From positions 1-13,924 of the forward strand of contig JANMKN010000210.1 in the NCBI GenBank assembly GCA_031372065.1: DNA of 13,924 bases, in the 5' to 3' direction. The DNA is from Abditibacteriaceae bacterium (GTDB taxonomy: Bacteria > Armatimonadota > Abditibacteriia > Abditibacteriales > Abditibacteriaceae). A program made the translations under genes and the position numbers. The notes beneath the pieces were generated by a model, which had not been told where the DNA came from, did no database searches, and saw only the letters and a program-made list of their open reading frames with translations. Positions 1 to 7,113 of the stretch are shown in pieces; the stretch's first letter is position 1, and every line of letters begins with the position of its first letter.

Positions 1-715
1 CGAACAGCGCGATGTCTTTTTCGACGCATTTGATGCCCATTTCGTCGGCAATTTGCATCACACATTCGCGTGTGATGCCTTCGAGTTGACCGGCGCTAAT
101 CGGCGGCGTGTGCAGTTCATAATTGCCACTGAAATCGCTGGCATAAATGAATAAATTGTCGCCCGAACATTCAGCGACAAGGCCCTGCTGATTAAGCATG
201 ATGCATTCGGGCACACCGGCGCGGATGCATTCGATTTTCGCCAGAATGTTGTTCAAATAATTCAGCGATTTGATAGCCGGGTTCAACACATCGGGCGAAC
301 TGCGGCGCGTGGCGGCGGTCACGACTTCCATGCCGATTTCGTAAACCTCCGGCGGATAAAGCGCGATATTCGCCGCGATGATAACCACGGTTGGTTTCGG
401 ACATTTGCGCGGATCAAGGCCCAAATCGCCAAAACCACGCGAAATAATGGCGCGGATGTAGCCGTTTTCGAGTTGGTTGGCCGCCACAGTTTCTTCGATG
501 GCGCGGGCCATTTCGTCTTTGGAAAGCGGCGGCTCCAGCCAAATGGCTTTGGCCGAGCGATACAACCGTTCAACGTGCCCGGCGAGGCGAAACACGCGCT
601 TGTTATAAACGCGAATGCCCTCAAACACACCGTCGCCATACAAAAAGCCGTGATCGAAAACCGAAACCACAGCTTGTTCTTTAGGCACCAATTTACCGTC
701 GAGATAGATTTTCAT
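1..715 (-). CDS. ilvE: Branched-chain amino acid aminotransferase (PLP class IV), 3' end outside the window
   Basis: Not in the ORF track because it runs off the edge. Manual translation from ATG at 715: MKIYLDGKLVPKEQAVVSVFDHGFLYGDGVFEGIRVY...FRLAGHVERLYRSA...GYIRAIISRG.GDLGLDP...AIKSLNYLNNILAK...AECSGDNLF...LEGITR, open to position 2. YGDGVFEG, KSLNY (PLP lysine) and LEGITR are class IV aminotransferase motifs. Confidence 0.95.
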   Translation of the reverse strand, partial: MKIYLDGKLVPKEQAVVSVFDHGFLYGDGVFEGIRVYNKRVFRLAGHVERLYRSAKAIWLEPPLSKDEMARAIEETVAANQLENGYIRAIISRGFGDLGLDPRKCPKPTVVIIAANIALYPPEVYEIGMEVVTAATRRSSPDVLNPAIKSLNYLNNILAKIECIRAGVPECIMLNQQGLVAECSGDNLFIYASDFSGNYELHTPPISAGQLEGITRECVMQIADEMGIKCVEKDIALF

Positions 716-866
716 GGTCAAGACTCACAGAGTTCTTTAGTAAAACAAAATCCAAGGCTTAAAAACCATGAAATTACGCCTAAACGTTTGGTATAATTCA
801 TTTTACCTGTCACAATTCGATTCAAATATCAGGTTGAAAATCAGAATCTCCTACGAAGCATCTTGC

Positions 867-895
867 AGATTAAAGCCACGAATTCTTAAAGTCAA
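867..895 (-). promoter_or_regulatory. Candidate sigma70 promoter for ilvE
   Basis: Minus strand TTGACT (895-890), 17-nt spacer, TAATCT (872-867). Confidence 0.5.
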
Positions 896-927
896 GGCTT
901 CGTGACAAGCCCCTTACCTCAAATAAA

Positions 928-956
928 TTGCGTCTTGGGGGTGCTTAACATAGACT
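928..956 (+). promoter_or_regulatory. Candidate sigma70 promoter for ftsEX
   Basis: TTGCGT (928-933), 17-nt spacer, TAGACT (951-956); back-to-back with the candidate ilvE promoter. Confidence 0.45.
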
Positions 957-971
957 TTCGCCGCTTTTGAC

Positions 972-1020
972 GAGAATAGAATTGAGCCAGAAGTTCTCAA
1001 TTCTCAATTCAAAATTCTCC
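972..1020. repeat. Degenerate heptamer repeat with inverted arm in the ftsE leader
   Basis: TTCTCAA TTCTCAA TTCAAAA TTCTCC (994-1020); AGAATTGAG (978-986) is the exact reverse complement of CTCAATTCT (996-1004). Confidence 0.7.
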
Positions 1021-1039
1021 CTTTTTAGCAGGTGTTTCA

Positions 1040-2083
1040 TTGATTGAGTTTCAAGATGTCGAAGTGCGTTATCGCACCGGGCGAGGGCGCGATGTGCAGG
1101 CCGTCGGTGGCGTGACGCTGAATATAGAAGCGGGGGAGTGGGTCTTTTTTGTGGGCGCGACGGGCGCGGGCAAAAGCACGCTGCTCAAATTGGTTTACGC
1201 GGGCGCACAGGCGACCAAAGGCAAAGTCATCGTGGATGGACGTGACGCGACTAATTTGCCGCAGCAACAAATTCCGTGGTTGCGCCGCAAACTCGGCGTC
1301 GTGTTTCAGGATTTTCAATTGCTGGAACAAAAAACCGTGTGGGAAAACATTGCGTTTGCCTTGCAAGTGACGGGCACACCGCACAAAAAGCTAAATAACG
1401 CCGTCGCGCAAGCCCTTGATACCGTTGGACTTTCGCACCGCGCCAGTTCGCGTCCGCGTGAATTGTCGGGCGGCGAACAGCAGCGCGCCGCTATCGCCCG
1501 CGCAATTGTCAATGAACCCCTGATTTTGCTGGCCGACGAACCAACGGGCAATCTTGACCCGGCCACTGGGCAAGAAATTGCGCAGGTTTTAATGCGTGTT
1601 CACGAACGCGGCACCACCGTTGTGATGGCAACACATGATCGCGCTTTGGTTGATGCCATGCGCCGCCGTGTAGTGCGCTTTGCCAACGGCAAATTGGTGT
1701 CCGATGAGCAGGAAGGCGCTTATCAAATTGATGATGAACCAACAGGTTTGGCAGCGCAAAAAGGCGAAGCCTTGATGCGCGCTTTGCTTGACCAAGATTC
1801 GCAACAGCAACGCGAGAAAAGAGAACAAGTTCTCGAAACCGTTATACAAGAGCGAAACGCTGAGCCGAAGATAGAAGTTGTGACTAATGCACCGCCGGAA
1901 CAAAGCGCCGAAGTTGCTAAATCTCCCGCCGAAATCACCATCAAAGTGCCCGAAAATCCACCTGTTGTGGACACGCGCCCATGGATTGGCCGCAGCGAAG
2001 TGCATTCGGCACTCAAAAATTCTGCCCCCTTGGGCACAGCCGAAAATCCTCTGGTCATTGGACTTGATAACGAAGAACTGTGA
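1040..2083 (+). CDS. ftsE: Cell division ATP-binding protein FtsE with ~120-aa C-terminal extension
   Basis: TTG start after GCAGGTG; Walker [25 protein letters not shown], signature LSGGEQQR, Walker B/D-loop [13 protein letters not shown]-loop MATHD; immediately upstream of ftsX. Confidence 0.93.
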   Translation: MIEFQDVEVRYRTGRGRDVQAVGGVTLNIEAGEWVFFVGATGAGKSTLLKLVYAGAQATKGKVIVDGRDATNLPQQQIPWLRRKLGVVFQDFQLLEQKTVWENIAFALQVTGTPHKKLNNAVAQALDTVGLSHRASSRPRELSGGEQQRAAIARAIVNEPLILLADEPTGNLDPATGQEIAQVLMRVHERGTTVVMATHDRALVDAMRRRVVRFANGKLVSDEQEGAYQIDDEPTGLAAQKGEALMRALLDQDSQQQREKREQVLETVIQERNAEPKIEVVTNAPPEQSAEVAKSPAEITIKVPENPPVVDTRPWIGRSEVHSALKNSAPLGTAENPLVIGLDNEEL

Positions 2084-2086
2084 GGA

Positions 2087-2157
2087 TTTTGAATTTCTAA
2101 TTTTGAATTTTAAATTCGTAACCACAATTCAAAATTAAGAATTCAAGATTCAAAATT
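2087..2157. repeat. Inverted heptamer array (4 + 4 units) filling the ftsE-ftsX intergenic region
   Basis: TTTTGAA TTTCTAA TTTTGAA TTTTAAA (2087-2114), 13-nt spacer, TTCAAAA TTAAGAA TTCAAGA TTCAAAA (2128-2155). Confidence 0.85.
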
Positions 2158-2163
2158 CCCACC

Positions 2164-3069
2164 ATGCCTCTTGAATTTATTCTTTTTTGGACACGCGAAA
2201 CCTTTTCCAATCTGGTGCGCAACCGGCTGATGAGCCTTTTGGCTCTCAGCACTGTTGCCATTGGCTTGTTCATTTTGGGTGGTTTTTACCTGACTTTATC
2301 GCACGTTCGTGAGTTAGTTAAAAACCAGACGGGCAAGCTGAATCTTACGGTAGTTCTTGACCCTAATATCACTCCCAAACGCCGCCGCGACATCTTTTTG
2401 GCGAGCCGCATTCCGCAAGTGGCGGATGTGCAATTGCGCACCAAAGATCAGGTCTTGATGGAAATGCACCGTGACACACCGGGCATTGCCGTCGCCGATT
2501 TGAAAGGCAAAAACAATCCACTGAGCGATGAATTGCGCATTAAAGTCAAAGACCCGCAAAGCATTCCTGCTGTGCGCACTTACATGGAAACGCTCAAAGG
2601 CAAAGGCGTGGATGACACCATCAGTGACCGCGATATTTTGCAAAAATTACTGAGTTTCAGCCGATTAGTGGCAATTATCGGCTCGATTTCTTTGGTGGTG
2701 CTGGGATTGGCGATTTTGGCGATTATTTATAACACGATTCGCCTTACAGTTCATGCGCGGCGCCGTGAAATTCGCATTATGGAATTGGTCGGTGCCACGC
2801 GCGGCTTTATTCGCGTGCCTTTTGTGATGGAAGGCATTATTATTGGCTTTTTTGGTTCGCTATTAGCGGCGATTTTCTTAGTTTCGTTTCATTCCATGAT
2901 CGGCAATTGGATGCCGCCGTTTATGCGCACGATGTCACCCGCAATGGTGGCGCAGATTTCACGGCAGTGTGCTGTTGGTATTGTAATGTCAGGCTTGATT
3001 TTTGGCCTTGTCGGATCGTGTATTTCGCTGAATCGCTCCATTAATCGCGTCGCACAATTGGATAGTTAA
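2164..3069 (+). CDS. ftsX: Cell division permease FtsX
   Basis: N-terminal RNRLMSLLALSTVAI TM segment, extracytoplasmic loop with NPL motif, conserved NTIRLTVHARRREIRIMELVGATRGFIRVPFVMEG, four TM segments; follows ftsE. Confidence 0.95.
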   Translation: MPLEFILFWTRETFSNLVRNRLMSLLALSTVAIGLFILGGFYLTLSHVRELVKNQTGKLNLTVVLDPNITPKRRRDIFLASRIPQVADVQLRTKDQVLMEMHRDTPGIAVADLKGKNNPLSDELRIKVKDPQSIPAVRTYMETLKGKGVDDTISDRDILQKLLSFSRLVAIIGSISLVVLGLAILAIIYNTIRLTVHARRREIRIMELVGATRGFIRVPFVMEGIIIGFFGSLLAAIFLVSFHSMIGNWMPPFMRTMSPAMVAQISRQCAVGIVMSGLIFGLVGSCISLNRSINRVAQLDS

Positions 3070-3077
3070 ATTGACCA

Positions 3078-3121
3078 AACGAAAAACCCCGCCACGAAAT
3101 TTCGTGGCGGGGTTTTTCGTT
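3078..3121. terminator. Bidirectional intrinsic terminator between convergent ftsX and csp
   Basis: Perfect 44-bp palindrome AACGAAAAACCCCGCCACGAAA|TTTCGTGGCGGGGTTTTTCGTT; GC stem with T-tract on both strands. Confidence 0.9.
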
Positions 3122-3179
3122 GGCGGATTCGTTTTACCGTTTGCCGACGTTGCGTCAGATTATGCGTGGGCCAAAAGGA

Positions 3180-3386
3180 TTAGCCGGCGGCTTTGACGTT
3201 GGCAGCACGCAGACCTTTGTCCGCCTGAGCCAATTCATACTCGACAGGTTGTCCCTCTTTGAGAGAGCGATAACCATCCGCGATGATGGCGCTATGGTGG
3301 ACGAACACATCTTCGCCGCCGCCTTCTTGTTCGATGAACCCAAATCCTTTGGTGTCATTGAACCACTTCACTGTGCCTTTTGCCAT
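3180..3386 (-). CDS. Cold-shock protein (CspA family)
   Basis: [18 protein letters not shown] (RNP1) and DVFVHHSAI (RNP2), 68 aa; SD AGGAG 9 nt upstream of ATG. Exact paralog name cannot be assigned. Confidence 0.97.
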   Translation of the reverse strand: MAKGTVKWFNDTKGFGFIEQEGGGEDVFVHHSAIIADGYRSLKEGQPVEYELAQADKGLRAANVKAAG

Positions 3387-3583
3387 GTGACAATTCTCCT
3401 GTGCTGGCGCAACGTCCGGTGCTGCGAATTGGCTTTGGCCCTGAGTCCCTTGCCGTCAGTCTGTGCTGCAATTCTTACTGCAATGCCCCGACTAATCGCC
3501 CTTGCCCGATAGCTTCTTGTGCCCTGCTGCGTCCGTCAATCTACCAGCGAAACAAAATTTTAGTTCTTAAAAGAACTGCCCCA

Positions 3584-3612
3584 ATTATAAAAAGGCCTTG
3601 TCCCCTTGTCAA
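3584..3612 (-). promoter_or_regulatory. Consensus sigma70 promoter of the csp gene
   Basis: Minus strand TTGACA (3612-3607), 17-nt spacer, TATAAT (3589-3584): perfect consensus. Predicts TSS near 3577. Confidence 0.85.
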
Positions 3613-3834
3613 GATGATTTGATGCGCCGCCAGCACGCGCAGGAAGCATGGTAGCAACGAGCGAAGCGAAATCCTGATTTCTGTGAGTTTTTACGTTTTT
3701 TCGTTTCGTGCGATTAATCTATACGAAAATTAAACTTTTCTGAGACAAAACGGGTGGTCTATCGGTCTATACTGTGACATCTCTGTCGAAAATTCGCGTG
3801 AGATGGATTCTCGTAAGGATTAAACTGGAGTGTT

Positions 3835-5142
3835 ATGGACACACAAAAGTCGGACGTTTTGATTATTGGCGGCGGGCCTGCCGGTTCGTGCGCAGCAGCG
3901 ATTTTGGCGGAATACGGCCACGATGTTCTCATTTTGGAGCGCGAGAAATTTCCGCGCTATCACATTGGCGAATCGTTGATTCCATTCACTTACGAACCGC
4001 TCAAGCGCATTGGCATGATTCCTAAAATGAACGAATCGGCCTTTGTCAAGAAATACAGCGTGGTTTTCGTGTCGCCGAACGGCAAAGCCTCGGAGCCGTT
4101 TTATTTCTTCAACCGCTATGACCGCGACAGCGTGGCGCAGACGTGGCAGGTTTTGCGCTCGGAATTCGACCAGATGCTGCTCGACAACGCGCGCGAAAAA
4201 GGGGCGCAGGTGCGTGAGGAAACGCGCGTCACGGAACTGATAAGAGAAGAAGGGCGCATCGCGGGTGCCGTCGCCGTGGATAAAGACGGCAATGTCACCG
4301 AATATCGCGCCCAAATGACCTTGGATTGCACCGGCAAGGAAGCCTTTACTGCCAACAAACACGGTTGGCGTATTAAAGACCCTTATCTAAATAAAATTGC
4401 GGTGTGGACATATTACAAAGGCTCCCAACGCGAAGACGATGTTGACGAAGGTGCCACTACCGTCGCTTATATTCCCGACAAGGGTTGGTTTTGGCATATT
4501 CCACAACACGATGATATGGTCAGCATTGGTGTGGTCGCGGAGGGCAAATATCTCACGCGCGATGGTGTGCGCGACCCCCAAGCCATTTTCGAGCGCGAAA
4601 TTGAGGAAAATCAATGGGTCAAAGACCATTTGGCCGTGGGCGAAAGCACAGGCGAATACCGCGTCATCAGCGAGTATTCGCATCACTCGCGCCATTGTGC
4701 CGCGCCCGGTTTGTTGTTAGTTGGTGATGCTTTTGCGTTTCTTGATCCGGTCTTTAGCAGCGGCGTGATGTTAGCGCTAAAAAGTGGAATGATGGCTGGC
4801 GAAGCCGTGCATGAAGGCTTGGAAAACGGTGATTTGTCGCCCGAACATTTCGCGCCTTACGGCGCCGCGATTCGCGTTGGCGTGGAAAATATGCGCAAGT
4901 TGGTTTATGCGTTTTATAATCCCGATTTTTCGTTTGGCCGAGTCATCAAAAAACATCCCGATGCTGCGGGCGCTCTCACAGATTGTTTATCTGGCGATGT
5001 CAGCAAAGATTTTTCGCGACTGTGGAGCCAAATCGGCGAATTTGTGCCGTTGCCCGATGATTTGCCGTATGGAGAACCTTCGGACGAAATTCCCGAAGAA
5101 CGTGCCTCCGCTTATCGAGAAACGGCTACTGCCAGCGTGTAG
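3835..5142 (+). CDS. FAD-dependent oxidoreductase of the flavin-dependent halogenase family (non-tryptophan, PltA/CndH-like)
   Basis: GGGPAG FAD motif, FPRYHIGESL, FVKKY (position of catalytic Lys), GWFWHIP (WxWxIP), GDAFAFLDPVFSSGV; SD GGAG upstream. Confidence 0.8.
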   Translation: MDTQKSDVLIIGGGPAGSCAAAILAEYGHDVLILEREKFPRYHIGESLIPFTYEPLKRIGMIPKMNESAFVKKYSVVFVSPNGKASEPFYFFNRYDRDSVAQTWQVLRSEFDQMLLDNAREKGAQVREETRVTELIREEGRIAGAVAVDKDGNVTEYRAQMTLDCTGKEAFTANKHGWRIKDPYLNKIAVWTYYKGSQREDDVDEGATTVAYIPDKGWFWHIPQHDDMVSIGVVAEGKYLTRDGVRDPQAIFEREIEENQWVKDHLAVGESTGEYRVISEYSHHSRHCAAPGLLLVGDAFAFLDPVFSSGVMLALKSGMMAGEAVHEGLENGDLSPEHFAPYGAAIRVGVENMRKLVYAFYNPDFSFGRVIKKHPDAAGALTDCLSGDVSKDFSRLWSQIGEFVPLPDDLPYGEPSDEIPEERASAYRETATASV

Positions 5143-5161
5143 TTCGCATCAATTATTTCGC

Positions 5162-5196
5162 AAAACGGCGCAATTTTATAAAATTGCGCCGTTTTT
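5162..5196 (+). terminator. Intrinsic terminator after the halogenase-like gene
   Basis: Perfect 34-bp palindrome AAAACGGCGCAATTTTA|TAAAATTGCGCCGTTTT followed by TGTTTT, about 20 nt after the stop codon. Confidence 0.8.
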
Positions 5197-5335
5197 GTTT
5201 TGGCAGAAAAATGCAATTTTGGCTTGAATGTTTCATTTTCGGCGGAATGACACATAATAGAAGGATATAAGCGCGATTTCCGGCGTGACCTGAGCGAATA
5301 CGCTTTCTTAAAGGAACCAACGGGTGAACTTGTAG

Positions 5336-6226
5336 ATGAGGCGTTCGATATATTTAATTTTCATTAATGCCTTCATTTTAATTTTAGTGATGGCTTTGAT
5401 GACGCAGTCTCTGTTCATTGTAAAACGGCTCGCAAAAGTCGAAAATTTGCGGGGGCGTGTTATGGTGCGTCCCAATGGCGCGGGCGATTTAGTAGCTCTT
5501 ATGCGCAGCGATATTATCAAACCCAACGACGAAGTTAGCACAGGCCCAGACGGTCATGTTGAACTAAAATGGGCCGACGGCACCCGCGTCAAGTTGGAGC
5601 CGAATAGCGATCTCGCAGTCAAACAAACGAGCTACAACGCGGCCCGCAAAGCCGACAATAGCCAGTTTCAGTTGAATCGTGGCACAATTTTCGTGCGTAT
5701 TATCAAAACTCTGAACCCACAATCCAAGTTCGAAATCGAAACGCCCACCGCCAAAGCAGCCGTGCGTGGCACTATTTTTATGGTGAAAGTTGAGCGTGGG
5801 AAAACCGAAGTTGCTGTCTACAAAGGCGCAGTGCGTGTTTCCAGTGGGCAAAGCAATCAACTCAGCGAGAGTTACATCACTCCGGGCAAAATCGCGTTTT
5901 CGCAGACCATTGGGCAGGTTCAGGTGGACGAAAATCGCAGTGATGAGCAAGCCATCGAGGCGAAATTTGCGGCGCAGGAAAGCATCATCAAACCGGAATT
6001 AAACGCGCACGTTCGCACCTTGAACGATGGTAACCGCGCTATAATTCAGGGTCGTGCCGAATTAGGCGACTTTGTTACAATTAACGGTCAAAGTGTGCCC
6101 GTGCTGGGTAATGGCGTTTTTATATATCGCGTTCCGGTGAAACAAGGTCTTAATCGCTTCACTATTATCTGCTCTGATAAGCATGGGGCGACCCGTCAGT
6201 TAGTGAAAAGCCTCTCGGTGCCCTAA
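5336..6226 (+). CDS. FecR-domain membrane-anchored protein with C-terminal beta-rich (Ig-like) domain
   Basis: N-terminal hydrophobic segment; STGPDGHVELKWADGTRVKLEPNS, LNRGTIF, FEIETPTAKAAVRGT.F.V, EVAVYKGAVRV are typical FecR-domain patterns; C-terminus IIQGRAE..VTINGQ.V...GVF...VPVKQGLNRFTI...DKHG resembles glucodextranase/Ig-like domains. Confidence 0.8.
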   Translation: MRRSIYLIFINAFILILVMALMTQSLFIVKRLAKVENLRGRVMVRPNGAGDLVALMRSDIIKPNDEVSTGPDGHVELKWADGTRVKLEPNSDLAVKQTSYNAARKADNSQFQLNRGTIFVRIIKTLNPQSKFEIETPTAKAAVRGTIFMVKVERGKTEVAVYKGAVRVSSGQSNQLSESYITPGKIAFSQTIGQVQVDENRSDEQAIEAKFAAQESIIKPELNAHVRTLNDGNRAIIQGRAELGDFVTINGQSVPVLGNGVFIYRVPVKQGLNRFTIICSDKHGATRQLVKSLSVP

Positions 6227-7015
6227 ATCTTGCTGACAAGCCGTTTTTAACAATTTCAAAAGACGCGCGTGTGCGTGGCGGTTCAAATGCGCGTGCCCCA
6301 AATGAACAAGATTCGGCCAGTTTTCAAACTCCAATAAATCGTCGTAAATTTCTCTCCATATAAGCTCATCAGCGTAAATCTCGCGCGCTAAACGCACAAT
6401 TTGCGGCCACTGATTTTCGGCAAGATAAACCGCTGTCGAAAACAGAAAAGTCTGCAAATCGGCGGCGTGGCGATTAGCAGGCGAGCGACGCAAATCGTGG
6501 ATGCTTTCAAAATCGAACCATTGAGCGCGGTCCGTTGCCGCATCGAAAAACACATTGCCTGCGTGTGCATCGCCGTGACTCCAAAAATCAACTTTGCCAA
6601 CGGGAAAACGCATTTTCGTGTTGTGTAAACGCTGCAATTCGCGTAATGCCGCGCAAAAAGCGAGGGCGTTTTCATCGTGTAAAACCTCGCGGAGGGGCAC
6701 GCCGGGCATGGGAAGCGACAGCAGATTTTGTCCTTGTCGCCGTGTTTGACCGTCGCCACAAAGCGGCGACAAGGTTTCTTCCCAATATAACCATGCGCCG
6801 TGTGACAAACCGTAAACGCCGCAGTGAAAAAAACGCGAAAGCGCGTTGCCAACGCTCACAATCAGCGGCGCGTAAAAATGGCGCCGCTTGCGCCACACGA
6901 TTTGCCCACGCCAACGGACACGCCGCGTCCGACCTAATTTCAGCAGGTAAAGCGACTTGCCGAGCAGCGTCGCGCCTTCAAATAACAGCGGCGCGTGGCC
7001 GCATTTCAATCTCAT
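6200..7015 (-). CDS. Protein kinase-like (phosphotransferase) family protein
   Basis: Catalytic-loop HGDAHAGN, metal-binding DFE, preceding LQRLH helix and later AADL. Start uncertain (ATG 7015 chosen; TTG 7039 in track). 3' end overlaps the FecR gene by 27 nt. Confidence 0.65.
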   Translation of the reverse strand: MRLKCGHAPLLFEGATLLGKSLYLLKLGRTRRVRWRGQIVWRKRRHFYAPLIVSVGNALSRFFHCGVYGLSHGAWLYWEETLSPLCGDGQTRRQGQNLLSLPMPGVPLREVLHDENALAFCAALRELQRLHNTKMRFPVGKVDFWSHGDAHAGNVFFDAATDRAQWFDFESIHDLRRSPANRHAADLQTFLFSTAVYLAENQWPQIVRLAREIYADELIWREIYDDLLEFENWPNLVHLGHAHLNRHAHARLLKLLKTACQQDLGHREAFH

Positions 7016-7113
7016 CAACAGCGGTTTAGCAGAATGCAATTTGAAATTACGCTTCTCAAAGCGCGCCGACGCCTCACCTGAGTGCTTGCTACACTGCCTG
7101 ATTCAGAAAGATT

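Noticed and set aside
192..796. Track ORFs 192-404, 319-639 and 473-796
   Set aside because: Off-frame or antisense shadows of ilvE, which occupies 1-715 in another frame.
789..797. Plus-strand TGGTATAAT extended -10
   Set aside because: Good motif but no matching -35 and about 240 nt from ftsE; a closer candidate exists at 928-956. Cannot be excluded, not supported enough to call.
2087..2157. Repeats as CRISPR array or IS ends
   Set aside because: Units are 7 bp with no spacers, no cas or transposase gene, no target duplication visible.
3387..3577. c-di-GMP or other known riboswitch in the csp leader
   Set aside because: No GGCAAAC...GNRA...GACGCAAA pattern or other recognisable aptamer consensus.
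3120..3622. Plus-strand ORFs 3120-3512 and 3380-3622
   Set aside because: Antisense to the csp gene and its leader/promoter; the csp antisense frame is a common spurious ORF.
3835..5142. Possible GC mosaic within the halogenase gene
   Set aside because: Hand counts of a few 60-nt lines differ only modestly and follow amino-acid composition; too weak to claim recombination.
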